Shown here piece by piece: positions 49,750-62,994 of a stretch of DNA of 63,841 bases (position 1 is the first letter of the stretch; each line of letters begins with the position of its first letter). The notes beneath the pieces were generated by a model. It made no database searches. It saw only the letters and a program-made list of their open reading frames with translations, and had not been told where the DNA came from. The translations under genes were made by a program, and so were the position numbers. This stretch comes from Hydrolagus affinis (taxonomy: Eukaryota): contig JAAILG010000767.1 in assembly GCA_012026655.1 (NCBI GenBank), positions 160 to 64,000 of the forward strand. The letters are read 5' to 3'.

Positions 49750-49887
49750 TTTTGTGCAATTGGCTGCCACGTTTTGCCTACAAAATACAAAGCTAATTCA
49801 CTTTGCAACATATATTCTGTGAAGTTCTCTGAGATCTTTCAACAGCGTGATCAGGCGCTATATCAAATGCAACCATTATTATTATAT
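49750..49887 (+). mobile_element. DeuSINE 3' fragment
   Basis: tgtgcaattggctgccacgttt...ggcgctatatcaaatgcaa. Confidence 0.75.
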
Positions 49888-50581
49888 TAAACAGCTGAAT
49901 TATGAATTGAGCAGTGCACAAATCTCAGTCCCACTGCATTAAATTTTATATAATACACAATGGACACCGAATATGCCAGTTATCAACCGCACATTATTTC
50001 TCAATAAATCATTAATCCTCTTGTGTGAGGGTCATCTCACTTTAAGGGTCTAACCATACAAAGCTGTTACCATTAAACTCCCACATCCAATTAAATGGTA
50101 CAGATAAGCGAAACCAGGGTGGAAATCTAAAACTTTAATCACATACTTAATTCACTCGATGGATTATACCGAAACTTTGTTTTCATGATTTGTAATGTTC
50201 TCTAAATACCTCGATTAGATTAGTGCCTTTGTAATCATAGTCATGTGTTCATTAATCAGCAAGGAAAAGCATACAGCAAGTGGGAGGCGCTTTCGAAAAT
50301 GAAATATTGTGCAGCCAGTAAAGGCATTTCTGTTACTCATACAGTCTATATTCTCAGGTTATGAGAACGCATGAATTTCGGCAGCAATGAACAGCCTTGC
50401 GTTCAGCTTCATGCCACCCACTGACACGAATCAGCAACTTGTGTGGGGCTCAGTCTCTGTGAACCTATGGCCCAGTTCTCTTTCAGAGTCTAATAGGCAG
50501 TAACACACAGAACATTTTTTAATGCATAGCATTTTTTGAACTATAATAATAATCCTTACATTTGATATAGCGCCTTATGTT

Positions 50582-50908
50582 GAGCTCCTGTGGCTCAGTG
50601 GTTAGAGCACTTGCAAGCTGGGGAGACCAAGCTGGGGAGACCTGTGTTCAAATCCAGGCAGGTCAGGGCGAAACCTTGGGCAAGTTTCCTTACTCCACAT
50701 GCCTAATAATAATCCCTCCAAAAAAAAAATACAATAATAAAATTGGTCATTTCAATCCACGTTTGTGGGACACGCTGTGCACAATTGGCTGCCGCGATTT
50801 GCCCACAAATATATACAGTCAATTCACTTTACAGTATATTCTGTGAAGCGCTTTGGGACGTCGATAAGATGTGAAAAGCGCTATATCAAATGCAAGGATT
50901 ATTATTAT
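50582..50908 (+). mobile_element. Deu-SINE, full length, nested in an older antisense copy
   Basis: Head, core and tail are present; internal 14-bp duplication caagctggggagac at 50614-50641. Confidence 0.9.
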
Positions 50909-51639
50909 GTCGTTGAGGCTTCCCAAAGCGCTTCACAGGATATACTGTAAAGTGTAGTGACTGTGTGTTTTGTGGGTGAAATAAATGTGTTTTCAAAAAG
51001 GAAAACTATATTCAGTTTGTACAATTGGTGCAGAAAAAAACTAATCCAGGAAGGATTTAAAGGCCCTTTACAATTATTTTTGATGTACAGGTTGTTCTGG
51101 GAAAGTAAATATTACAATGGAGTGTTCTAATGGTCAGGTTTATTTTGCAATTTTTCTTTGTCAGCATTATTTTAAATAGTAATTGATTCTTCAGCGCTCT
51201 GCACCTGCCTGGTTCTTGTACACAACAAAGGACTTGGGAATTTGGTTGATTACGTACTTCGTAAAAGCAAACAGCAGCACAGAAGCCACTGAAGGCTTCA
51301 CGGTTGTATTGTGTTTGAAATGTAACCAATGACAAGGAAATGAATGAAACTTTGGAATGCTTAAAGATGTCAGACTTAAGCAAATTATGGTACGAAACGC
51401 TACAGAGTGAAAATTGTAGATATGTTTAAAGCACGCAAGTCTGTTTTCTCAATGTGTCTGTGTCTGTGCTATTAGCGGTAAATCTATCATTGACATTTCA
51501 AATATATGAAAGTGCAACGTAATTCAGATTCCAGATCTTACACACGGGACCCTATTCACATCATCAACTGTTCCCTTCCGTGTGATCTATCAGAATTGCT
51601 TTGCAGTGCCTGTTAATTTCAAAACCTCTCTGTTTCCAG

Positions 51640-51724
51640 ACCTGTTGACAGTGAAGGAATACCATTCTCTACTACAGCTTCTTTGCCCAGATTTCCCCAT
51701 GGATCTTACCCAGAAGGCAGCAAG
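51640..51724 (+). CDS. CSTPP1: CSTPP1 internal coding exon
   Basis: ctctctgtttccag|AC ... AG|gtaaat; 85 nt, phase 1-2. Encodes (D)LLTVKEYHSLLQLLCPDFPMDLTQKAA(R). Confidence 0.96.
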
Positions 51725-51815
51725 GTAAATTGGATTTGAAATGGTTTATTTTATAAATCTGACCAACATTGTACTTCCTCTGGAGGGGATCCAGTGTTGA
51801 ATCAGTGGGGTGAAT

Positions 51816-52126
51816 GAGACCTGAAGTAGTTAGAGCACTCACCTTACAAGCGTGAGACCTGTGTTCGAATCCAGGCAGGTCAGGGCGAAACCTTTGGGCA
51901 AGTTTCCTTACTCCACATGCCTAATAATAATCCCTCAAAAAAAAAAAAAAATTTGATCATTTTAATCCACGACTGTTTGCAGGATACTGTTGAGCGCAAT
52001 TGGCTGCCGTGTTTCACCCACAAATATGTAGTCAATTCACTTTACAGTACATTCTGTGAAGCGCTTTGAGACGTTTAGAAGACATGAAAAGCGCTATATC
52101 AAACGCAAGAATTATTATTATTATTA
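51816..52126 (+). mobile_element. Deu-SINE, near full length
   Basis: B-box gttcgaatcc, core and tail. Confidence 0.9.
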
Positions 52127-54654
52127 CCTCTGCTTAAAAAAGTTCTGAAAAGCGAGGTCCGATGAGCACCTGTTGCATGCTGCTGCACAGTCTGTTGCCA
52201 AGTTCTATCTTGTTTATTCTCTGAGATGAATTCAGTCAGTGCCAAATGCTTTTCGAGCCTCGCTAAACTACCACCTCAGCCCAAAACATCTGCGAGACCC
52301 TGAGCAAGGCATCATGTTTTAATCAAGCACTGAAATAGCCTGTTCTGGAAGCTACACGTCGCTCTGGTATGGTCACATTGCGGAAATGCTTTCAGACCGA
52401 TTACATCCTGTGGTGGTGGTCTGGAGGAAGCCAATATAAAGATGAATTTTCTACGCTTGAAGCAGCTTAAACTGTTAGATCCTGATCGTCATTCAGCTAA
52501 ATGAAGCAAAAATGAGACTCATGTGACTTCAGACAACAAGCGAGTTAACATTCATAGGCATCTCTTCAAAATACCCCCCAAATCTTAAATTTAAACAATA
52601 TGGTTGAGTTGTTCACAGTTGTCAGTTTGAAATGCTTTAGCCCTAAGGAACTTTGCTCCAGAATGAAACTCTTTTGTGTCTATTTGAACAAAAGGGCAAT
52701 CTGCAGTTAGTGTCTTTCCATCAATTAATTGGGATCACTATTATAAAACATTAAAAAAGTAGCAACAAGAAAAGGGGCTGCTCCCCCTATTCTCAAAAAG
52801 AAAGATCAATTATTGTCTTCCCCCCACCTTCTGTTCCACACCCTTAATTGAACCAGATTTTCCTGAACTTGGTTGGTAGTGTTGGTACCATCAGGAAATA
52901 TTATAGGAAGTTCTCTAGAGGTAGATTAAGCATAACATGAATAGCACTGATTAATAGCTCGAGTTTTTGTATTTCAATTGTACATGTGGAACTTTAATGA
53001 GTTTTCTTAAATCTAAGAAAATCTATCCACACCGCAGCACTTTATCAAACAGTTCAGTTATTTTCTCAAAAACGCAGCGTTGAAATGGCTTTCAGGAGAC
53101 ATATTTTTGGACATACCAAGAGTAGCTGTTTAAGTATTTTTCATATTTCAATGAGAACCTCTCGTGTAACAGGGCATACTAGATTCTTCTTTCCCATTAG
53201 TACAGCTTTCTTAGCTTCTCCCAAACTGCCAGTTCCTCTGACATATTAATTTATTTTTTGATGGAGCACTTTGATTTACTTTCTGCAGTAACAAACCTCC
53301 GCTTTGTGGAATGAGCAACATCAGCATTAATATGTATTGTTCCCAGTCAAATGTATTGTTTAAAAGTTTATGAAGTCTGTGTCTGTTTCCAGACCCATGG
53401 ATTAATGATTTACATCCCATAATGATACTGAATCAAGACATCCTTGGGCTATAGAGGAAAAAGTGTAATTACTGCCAGAAGGATGAACGATTCTTCTGAA
53501 GTCCATTAGACTAATCTCCTGATCATGCCTCAGTTTATGGAAATCATGGCCAAATAAATGACTCTGAGCACGAGTTTGGTTTAACAAGGGAGCTATTACT
53601 GTGTCCAATATCCCCAAAGGAGCAGTGGAACTTAGTGTATGATTGGCATTCCATCTTGAAGCTAAGATTACAAGAGCCTTAACAGATAAACATATATGCT
53701 CCATTTTTGTACCTTTTTCTAAAGGAGTGAAGCTATCTGTCACCTGATGTCATTTGTCTTGATCCCTATCCCGCTAAACAAATAAGTCAATATGATTCAC
53801 ACAATATATGCTATGCATTGGATTCAGGCCTTAGTAGATTAACCAGTACTGCTTTGATGGATTTCTATGTGCTTTGAAGAATCAGTTTAGAACTCTTCTC
53901 CGCCCAATTTAAGTTGAGTTTTAAAACTTCATTGCAGTCTGACATGCTTTGCTTGCTAAGTCTTGCGAACTATTCATTCTGTGCTTATAATAGAATCAGA
54001 AGAAGTAAGGTGTTTTTTTTTACTCCCCAACGCTTAAATGCTTGCGCAGTCTTGGTTTCAAATTGTGCTTTCCTCCACAATTTCCACAATCCATTCATTA
54101 TACAGTAGTTGCATTGGCAGCACAAATACTAAATGAACCATGCCCCTGAAAAGCACCTTTTAAAGTAAAAGTACATTTACATTTACAAAAGATTGCATAG
54201 TTAAATACAATGATGGATACCAAAAACACAACCAGAAAAAACTGTTGATTCCATTGATCATGAGTAGCGTTAGCATTCTCTTTACTATGTGATTTTTTAA
54301 AGGAGCTGCTATGCTCTAACTAAAGATAATCAGCCATACTTTTAAAAGTAAGGTTTTATACAGATCTGACCACAATTTTTATTTTCATAGCACATTTCAG
54401 AAACGATAAACAATGGCATCAAACATCAGAGAGCTCAAGACATGCGACGGAATGTTGGAGTTGGCTTATTTAGTTCAGCAAACTACTGTATTTTACCATT
54501 TCACAGTGTAAGGATATCCACCTAGTTTCCTGCTCCAGCACCCACCTCGTCCCCACCACCCAGCCAAACATATTCACTGAGCACTGGTATCTGCAAGGTC
54601 AGTTGACACACAGAGAGAAACACTAATTCATCCCAAACATATTTGATTGAAACA

Positions 54655-54725
54655 TTGACTGTCCAGCACCTTGGGACGTCCTCCTGAAGTAAAAGGCGTT
54701 ATACAAATGTAATTTTGTTGTTGAT
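54655..54725 (+). mobile_element. L2 3' tail
   Basis: tgactgtccagcaccttgggacgtcctcctg...taattttgttgttg. Confidence 0.78.
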
Positions 54726-55668
54726 TTTAAAATTAAAAATTTTTGATTTTTAAATTTAACCTAGGTCACAGCCAGGTTAATATAATTTGAGAATCCATAT
54801 CAGGAACACCCTTTGGCAAGATTTCCACTACTATAAGTTGTGATTGCTTCTGCAGTGAAAACTAAATGGGGTGAAGTGTTTAAATATAACAGGAACCGCA
54901 CAGGCATGTACTGCTGTCAAAGGTCTCATTAAACAGCGGATCACAATATCCAGCTTTATTAGTACAGCAGAAATACAGTTAAACCCATCTAGACAGGTCA
55001 CCCAAGAAACTGGTTAGAAATCTAAGTCAAATATTCTTTTAAAAAATCCATCCTCGCCATCTGATGAAAATGTAACAACTTGTAAGAAGATAAATATATG
55101 CATATTCAGATCATTATTGTATCTCACCGGTACTGATCCGAATTTCCCAGTTTTAGACAAGTGAGGCCAATCACTTCTGGGCCTAATGGATTAGCTACCT
55201 GAAATAACACTTCTCCATGGAGCTGCCAGAATACTACTGTTTAAAGTAATGACATAGTGCTTTGCATTTTCCCTAGATGCAGCAGTGCTTCGCATTGAAA
55301 GTGCTCCCTCTGATTCACTTTCACGTTTATCAATGGTCGTTTTAACATTTAGTACACATTTAAACACAGAAAAACGACCAGCAATGTAGCTTTTTTCAAA
55401 GATTGAATAAACGTTTTGTAGTTATGAATATTAATGAGTCTTTCAGCACACTAAGGATTTCAAGCTAAAGTCTAATCTAGTTCTTTTTAAAAAAAACACA
55501 CGCGTGCACTGCCAGGACCAAGTGCAGTACATATAAAGTGGTTTTGCTGACACTACTGATATACAAGCGAGACTTACATCAAATTAAATCACAGACATTT
55601 TATTATCAGCTCATTTAAGGAGCTGAAAGTACTATTAAGAAGTACCCAACATGGCTTTAGAGCATTAA

Positions 55669-55778
55669 GCCCACAAGTATACAATCAATTCACTTTACAG
55701 TGTATTCTGTGAAGCGCTTTGAGACGTCTAGAAGACATGAAAGGCGGTATATAAAAATGCAAGGATTATCATTATTAT
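55669..55778 (+). mobile_element. Deu-SINE tail fragment
   Basis: aattcactttacagtgtattctgtgaagcgctttgagacgtctagaagac...aatgcaaggattat. Confidence 0.82.
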
Positions 55779-57434
55779 TTATAAGCCAAAGCTCACCAAT
55801 CTTCCTGAATTATTTCAGTTGAATAGTGGATGAGCACTGTTCAGTGGGGAATCTAACTTTTGGGTATTTTCAGAAGTTTTACTTGTGAAACTCTTTGTTT
55901 TTTAAAAAAAAGGTAAGACTCGTCGCATTCCTGGCATATCAGCTGGTTGGATTTTGAAACTAATTTAGCAACAGGAAATGCAATGTTACATGATCAACAT
56001 CAAAGGTTTCTGATTGTGCCAAGCTACCTGAGCAGTTGAATTATACAAATTGGAAGATTAGCAATTCCAAGAAAATAGTGTCCAATAAAGCACATCAATT
56101 TTGATATAGATTTAACTGAAAGTTAATGCATTGATGACCATAATAGATTACACAATGAAGGATAACCATCCACAGCAATGCAGAAAGAAAATAAATTGGG
56201 TTATTTGTCTTTTGCTGAAATATTTGCAGACAATGTGAAGCTGTTGACAAAGCAGCAAGTCCTAGCTTGATCCTTGTTTTGAGATAGCTGATCTCAGCAG
56301 GAATGGATAGCAATATTTAATTAGCCTCATCAGTTAATGAAAATGTGGGGAGGAAATAAAGTTAGCTAGAGTTCCCACTCTCATTTGTCATACAATGACC
56401 TTACCCGAAAATAACCATGTTTGTACATTGACTGAACTGAATTATTGAATTCTTCTTACCCATCGTGACACACCTGCCAGCACAGATTGTTTGATCTCAC
56501 AAGAATGACCAGGGGGCATCTAGCTGCTGTGGATTCATACACCAACATGAGATAATGCCACAAAAAGAGCAAACCAAATGTGATAAAAACGTATTGGAAA
56601 TGTTGAGTGTCATTTGGGGCAGCCCAGTCTTCAAAATTTTGTACCTTGGGAAATGTTCAAAGAGGAACTAAAATAATTCTTCTTGAAGCACCAAGTGGCG
56701 GCAGAAAGTACAAAGCACAAAGCCAGAGAACAAAAGATTTGAGGAAGATTATGACCCAAATCCTTCAAAATGCTGAGAGGCGGAGATCATTCAGATCTAA
56801 GCAGGATCAATTTACGTTGCAATTCAAGCAAACACGTGTATAAAATTAATGATGGCTCAAGTAAACTCAGGAAATTAAACGAATGTAGAGCCTCCATTGG
56901 CTGCGACCTAGAGTATCTGCAGGACTCCCTGTTTCCCCGTCGCAAATTAGTTCAATATCAGAACAGTCCGAATCCACCGCATCCATTTATTCATTGATAT
57001 TGTGATATAACATCACAGTACTTATGTATTACTGTGAGCAACAATGATGCCATCGGACACACATTCGTTCCATTTGTAACTTTTATGCATAATGAACAGG
57101 TTTTTGAAATTGTGCTTGCTCTACAGTCTACGGTACTAAGTTTTACTATCGTGGTCAAGCTGTACAGAGAGTATTTCAGGTGCAGCCTTTGGTCAGGCTA
57201 TAGCTGAAATAATGTACACAGTTTTGATCACAACATAAGAAAGAAAGCTGAGCACCAGCGTTGGTGAGGACAACCTGCAAAGACTAAGTAGATAAGCTAG
57301 TGCACTTCAACCTCAAAAAGAATATTTTCAAAGAAGAACTGACAGGTGTAATAACATACCTCAACAAGGTAAAGAAAATGACCCCCACACACAGGAAGTT
57401 GTATATTCTGAATGTTCAGCAGAAAAGGGCTGAA

Positions 57435-57650
57435 ACAACACCAACAACAACAAAAACACTTGTATAGCGCCTTTCACGTCAGGAGAACAACAACAACAAC
57501 TTTGATTTATATAGCACCCTCCACGCCGGACGGTGTCTCAGGGAGCTTCACAGTAGTGGATCCCGGGACAGAGCCAGGGGCGGGGGTAGAAAGGTGACCA
57601 AAGGCGCGGTCAAAGAGAAAGGTCTTAAGCTGATGTCCCAAGGCGCTGGA
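57435..57650 (-). mobile_element. Nested L2 tails (two families)
   Basis: One tail is split (gcctttcacgtcaggag | gatgtcccaaggcgctgg) by a ~145-bp second L2-type 3' end. Confidence 0.75.
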
Positions 57651-57728
57651 AATACGATGCTCAGGTGCAGTAGTGATACATTTGATGTTGTGGGCATTTG
57701 CAATCTTTATGTATGATTTATTTCCCAG

Positions 57729-57814
57729 GATTGTCCTTATGGATGACGCAATGGACTGCCTGATGTCATTTGTGGACTTTCTGTATGCATTCCAGATTCA
57801 GTTTTACTATTATG
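57729..57814 (+). CDS. CSTPP1: CSTPP1 internal coding exon
   Basis: ttatttcccag|G ... G|gtaagt; 86 nt, phase 2-1. Encodes IVLMDDAMDCLMSFVDFLYAFQIQFYYY(E). Confidence 0.96.
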
Positions 57815-59389
57815 GTAAGTGGGCATTTATTGGCTACTGATTTTGAGAGGTTCAGCATTTGAACCTCTGAAGTCAAATATGGTTTAGATCACAGCTCGAG
57901 TATACAAACAACAAATTGCATTGAAATAGTGCTCTACATGTCGAGAGGATTTCCCAACACCCTGGACAGTCAAGGGTTTGCACTCAAGCTGGGGCTTGGT
58001 TTTGAGGCTGGTAGAAGTCACTTGAAAGACAGATGATAAAAAGAAGTTGGAGTATATTATTTAACTTCCAATAAGTAAACTTTGCTTTAAGTTGGATCCC
58101 TATCCCCTGTTGTGACTGTTGCAAGTATTTTTTTTGGCTGTGTTGGCAACAACAGTGCACTCATCCCCGGTTTCTATACATCTTTAAATGTTTTCCTTCT
58201 GTTTCATCACCTGCTCCACCCTCCACCCGCCCTCCCTGCCGGGTGTGTTCACAAGGTTACCAGCTTTGGAAATGACTCAAACGCATCACGTGGAGTAGTT
58301 AGTACTGAAGCAAACAGATCAAAAAAAGCCACAGTTTGGTTCAATTGCTGATCTTGTGCGAATCAGCTGATCTCAGTCTGGGAAACTTTTAAATCCTTCA
58401 AACGACCCCTGCGTGAAATCTTAAGTTCTAACTTAACTGCGACAAGACGTTCCATTGTTTTGCAGCAATGCAATGTGTCTACAGGTTGCAGGCAAAGTCT
58501 TTTTTTTCTAAACTGTGGGTGATTGTCTTATAGCTTTCCTTTAGGTGATGGGCACCAAATCCATGGGAAAGAAAGTTAAAGCACTAGGTACCATATGACT
58601 TGTGAACAGTAAATCCAATATTTGCCCTGGTTACTGTAGCAGCTTGCCATTGCACCTTATTCTCATATTACAGTAGAAAGTTCATTCTATTGACAGATCA
58701 AATTATCTGCTTGGTTGGGCTACCCGCCGAGTGCGCTTCTCTCAAGTCAGTATTCCGTTGACAATCAGACTCAAACTGATACTGCAGAACTCTCGAGTCT
58801 GTTGTACAGCAGAATAAATTCTGAACATCTTTATTCGATCTGAACTACAGTCACTTCAAGCTCCTCATGGTTTTCAGTGAAAATGCTGCCACTCGTAAGG
58901 AACAGCATCTCAACAATGCTTCATCTTATAATCGAGAGCATATTTAGTCGACTTTTTATCAAATCCAACCCAGCTGTTCGTATCAAATCACAAGCACAAA
59001 CTGTTCAAGGCACCAAACCATCTTAGCTCTAGGCTAGCTGGTTATCAATGAAAGCCAAGGTCTAATTAATTTATACTAATACTCCTTGGGTAAGTACAAT
59101 CAAGGTTCAGCTAAAATTTCTGCCATGGACACATCTCAGAAACAGATCAGGGTAAGCAAGCTCCTCATTCCTGCAGTCATCTGTTGACCCCTACTGGATA
59201 TGGGTAGAACGGCACCACAAATGAGAGAGTGTTGTTTTTATTCACAACTGTATGTCATTCTGTGGCACCATCGGTAAATGGGGACCCAATATCACCGGTA
59301 ATGATACCACAGATATTTATTTATCTATTAAAATATTAGTACTGTGTGTATACTGCGGATTTTAATTTTTGTTTGCCTCCCCACTTCAG

Positions 59390-59582
59390 AATTTCTTGAA
59401 GGTGTTGCCGTCATTTATCAGGACCTGCTGATGGGAAAGAACCCAAACACTGTGATTGTGCCCACATCGTCAATGCAGGAAGATCACAGTTTGCCATCGA
59501 GTGAGATGCCAACACAGGAGGGCATAGACGCTTCACAGTTTTATGACTGTTTGGAAACATTATGTGATAGGTATAAACACAG
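59390..59582 (+). CDS. CSTPP1: CSTPP1 internal coding exon
   Basis: cctccccacttcag|AA ... AG|gtgag; 193 nt, phase 1-2. Encodes FLEGVAVIYQDLLMGKNPNTVIVPTSS...EGIDASQFYDCLETLCDRYKH; lies inside ORF 59344..59586. Confidence 0.96.
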
Positions 59583-59728
59583 GTGAGCTTTTTTTCCTCC
59601 CCCACAGAAATGACACAGCGTTCACCAATTTAGATGATTGTCATCTTTATTTCTGCATCACATTGAAGGCTTGGTTCTTTGATACTTTTGCATTGTTTGT
59701 TGCAAATGTGCACGTTTTGTCAGCCTAA

Positions 59729-60030
59729 AGTCCTGTAGCTCAGTGGTTAGAGCACTCGCCTTGCAAGTGAGAGACCTGCTTTCGAATCCAGGCAGGGCGA
59801 AACTGTGGGCAAGTTTCCTTACTCTACACACATCATTATAATCCCTCAAAAAAAAATTGTCCACTCAATCCATAACTGTTTGTGGGAAAATGTTGTGCTC
59901 AATTGGCAGCCATATTTTGCCCATAAATATACAGTCAATTCACTTTACAGTATATTCTGTGAAGTGCTTTGAGACGTTGATAAGATGTGAAAAGCGCTAT
60001 ATCAAATGCAAGGATTATTATTATTATTAT
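59729..60030 (+). mobile_element. Deu-SINE, full length
   Basis: gtcctgtagctcagtggttagagcactcgccttgcaag head through to an (ATT)n tail. Confidence 0.9.
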
Positions 60031-62663
60031 ATCTTCAAGTTATCACAAAGGTAACAAAGAGGAGATTGTGCCAGTAATTGTTACTCCAATGGTTACATTT
60101 CCCCCATTCAGAGGCATTGGTTGTCATGCTGGAAATTCCCTTAGATCTGCAGGAAATCTTAGAGATTATTTTTGGGGGGGGGGTGGGGGGGCGGGAGGGA
60201 GAAATATGAGCAATTTTACTTGTTAAACTGCATCTGGCTGCGCCATCTATTCTGTCAGATTTCAGCACACAAATGAAAGCAAGAGACGGCTGCTGAGGCA
60301 CAGAACATGAGAAGGTGGTCACAACTGAGACGCCTCAAGACTGAAACCAAGACAAAACCTATCACCAGAATGATAAATACTCCTTTGTGAGAGTTACTGG
60401 CAGTGCGTTATTCCGATTGGCATCTTTGCACTAATGCTCAGTCCATGCCAGAATCATTCAGTGTTACTAGGTCAGCCAGCCTCAAAGCAGAAACTATTAA
60501 AAGCACTGCATAGCATTTATTTTGCTAAGCATATGAACTTCCTGTTTTCTCAGCAGAGGAAAGGTTAATGAGCTGATGACTGCATCTCCTGATAATCCAA
60601 ATAACCAGGAGACAAAAAGGTCATCTGTCTCTTCCCTCAGCGATGCTGATCGTGGACCAAATGTTTAGTCTGAATCTCCAGTCAAGTTGCAATATGGCTG
60701 TGGTTGCACTTCTAATCTAAACATTCTGGGTGACCATGACCCAAGACACATTCTGTCTTACAGCATTGCCCTCGCCTCTGCTGAACCCACTTTGGTTAAT
60801 CTAGGCTCATAAATCGGGTTTCTTGAGCATTGAAATCCATCGACAAACACTCATGATTTAGCAAATAGAGTGTTTCAAATACTTGGTCATTTGGTAGTAA
60901 CACACTTCAAACAGAAAAGTTGGAAGATTTTTCCACAATTAAAATGGACGGACGTTCCATTGAGTTCTCTAAATGCAACCACAAGATCTTGGTTCAGTAA
61001 ACATTTTTGAATCACCAGTGTTACCGACTAAGGTTTCCCCAGAAAGTGTTTATTTAGCACTTCAGCTATTTTACACCAATGCCATTTTACAGAATTGCAT
61101 TTTCAGACTGATGGCCACACTACCTGTAAGAGATGTTCTCACTCAAGTGGAGCAGCACATTAGCTGTGGAATAACCACAGTCTCTGGGTTAATTACTCAG
61201 TAACCTTTGAACAGAGGCCTGGTGCTGTTGTGTTTGCATGTGTTTGAGGACGCACATGGCAGACTGTTTTGGTAGGCAGTTGAGCAAGCATTTTTAGCTT
61301 GATTTCAACTTGTAACCCTGTTACACCAGATTAGTGTAATTGCAACATTAATAATCCATTTAGAGCATTTACGTGATTTAGCAGTACTGTATTAGCACTT
61401 GTAAAAACAGAAGAATGGAAGCAATCGGGCGATCAAATATACTTGTGTTTTCTTTTATCAATTTGTAGATTATGAGCTAAGTATCTCTTTATCATTATTT
61501 TTATGTCAGCACCTTCAGTACTCTGAGCCACTTTTCCTAACTGATTAGTGTGTGATGTTATCCAGTCCATTTTAAGTTCCTTCAATAGCAAGACATGTTC
61601 AATGTTTGGTGCCTTACCTTCAATTACATCATCCCGATTCAACAGTAAACTTCAAGCATATGGGTACAAAGACACCCTAATAGTTGTACTCCACTTAAAA
61701 GGGGGAGTTTTAACTGTGGCAAAGGTCTTAGAACCAGTTCCGTTCTTACATATTCTCCTGGGACATGGTTATTTTATACGCTCGGCTTTGGAGAGTTTTA
61801 CAGGATAACCCAGATGTAGCCCATGATTTTGGATCATTATTTTCACTTTATGGCTTGACTGAAACCATTCCAAAAAGCATCAATAAATTTGCTCAATATA
61901 ATAATCCAAGTGATCTCAACCTTCAAGGAGTCTTGTTGATTACCTAACATAATAATCAATGCTGCCCATTAGGTTGCAATAATATACTGAATTAGCTACC
62001 TATTTTGGAGAATGTGAATACCTTTTGAAATTCAAATATTTAGTGGGAAAGAAGTAGAAAAATTTCTAGTATAGCCACAGGGAATTAACTTTGACAATTA
62101 ACTTAAGCCCCCTCCCAGTTTTTATAAGGAGCTGACAAGTGGAAGTGTCTTATTGACTTTCTTTAAATCCCCCCTCTCCCACTGATAGCTAATGAGCCAT
62201 GATTGTCATCCTTCTCAATATCTTAACCCTGATCCCCTGCTCAAATGCACATCAAAGTATTGGCACTGATACTGAAGCTTTTATATGCTTCAGATCATTT
62301 TAACAAAAGTCCATCCCTAAATGAGTCCCAGGATGCCATAAAAAGGCATTATTAGATACACAGCTTATTAATGATATTATTGCCAAAATGAGATATGAGC
62401 GAGTGTGTGCTTGCCTGTTTGTAATACTGCACACATGTTTTTAATTCCTGTGAAGGAGGGATTTTACAATTGTATCCACATCCTGAGCATGTCATGTATT
62501 TTTGTTTGAACTACTTCATAAAAAGTTATGTAGCTATAGATCTGCAGCAATGCTACATACGTAACTACATAATATTGGGACAAAGCAATAATCACCCTGG
62601 CAATCCCAGATATAAGGCACATTATGCCTAAGAATCCATGTACAGGCAGGTTATGCAAGTTAG

Positions 62664-62750
62664 TAATAATAATAATCCTTGCATTTGAAATAGCCCCTTA
62701 CCATGTCTTCCAGATGTCTCAAAGCACTTCGCAGAATATACTGTAAAGTG
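62664..62750 (-). mobile_element. Deu-SINE tail fragment
   Basis: (AAT)n-ccttgcatttga...gtctcaaagcacttc...atatactgtaaagtg. Confidence 0.8.
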
Positions 62751-62884
62751 ATGTTCCTTCCGAGCACTTCATCTTGATAAGCGGCTTGTACATTGTGGGA
62801 AATGATCATTTATACATTAAAATTAAGCCTATTAATCAGAAGTAGAAAAAAACCCTGAAGTTTTAAGTGTCCCTGTTTTTGTAG

Positions 62885-62994
62885 CTACCCACCAGCATCC
62901 TACATAAAGGACATCCTCTGTAAATTGCAGCGAGTGACATTTTATGGATTTCTGATGGCCCTCGCAAAAGATGACGGGATCAACTGCAAACTAG
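62885..62994 (+). CDS. CSTPP1: CSTPP1 internal coding exon
   Basis: ccctgtttttgtag|C ... G|gtaagc; 110 nt, phase 2-1. Encodes YPPASYIKDILCKLQRVTFYGFLMALAKDDGINCKL(G). Confidence 0.95.

Noticed and set aside
53402-53743. 113-aa minus-strand ORF
   Set aside because: No recognisable domain or splice context; the length is compatible with chance.
59729-59800. Genuine tRNA gene
   Set aside because: It continues directly into the SINE body and tail, copies are heterogeneous, and no Pol III terminator follows the head.
60174-60199. G-run as a functional G-quadruplex
   Set aside because: A simple low-complexity run with no contextual support.
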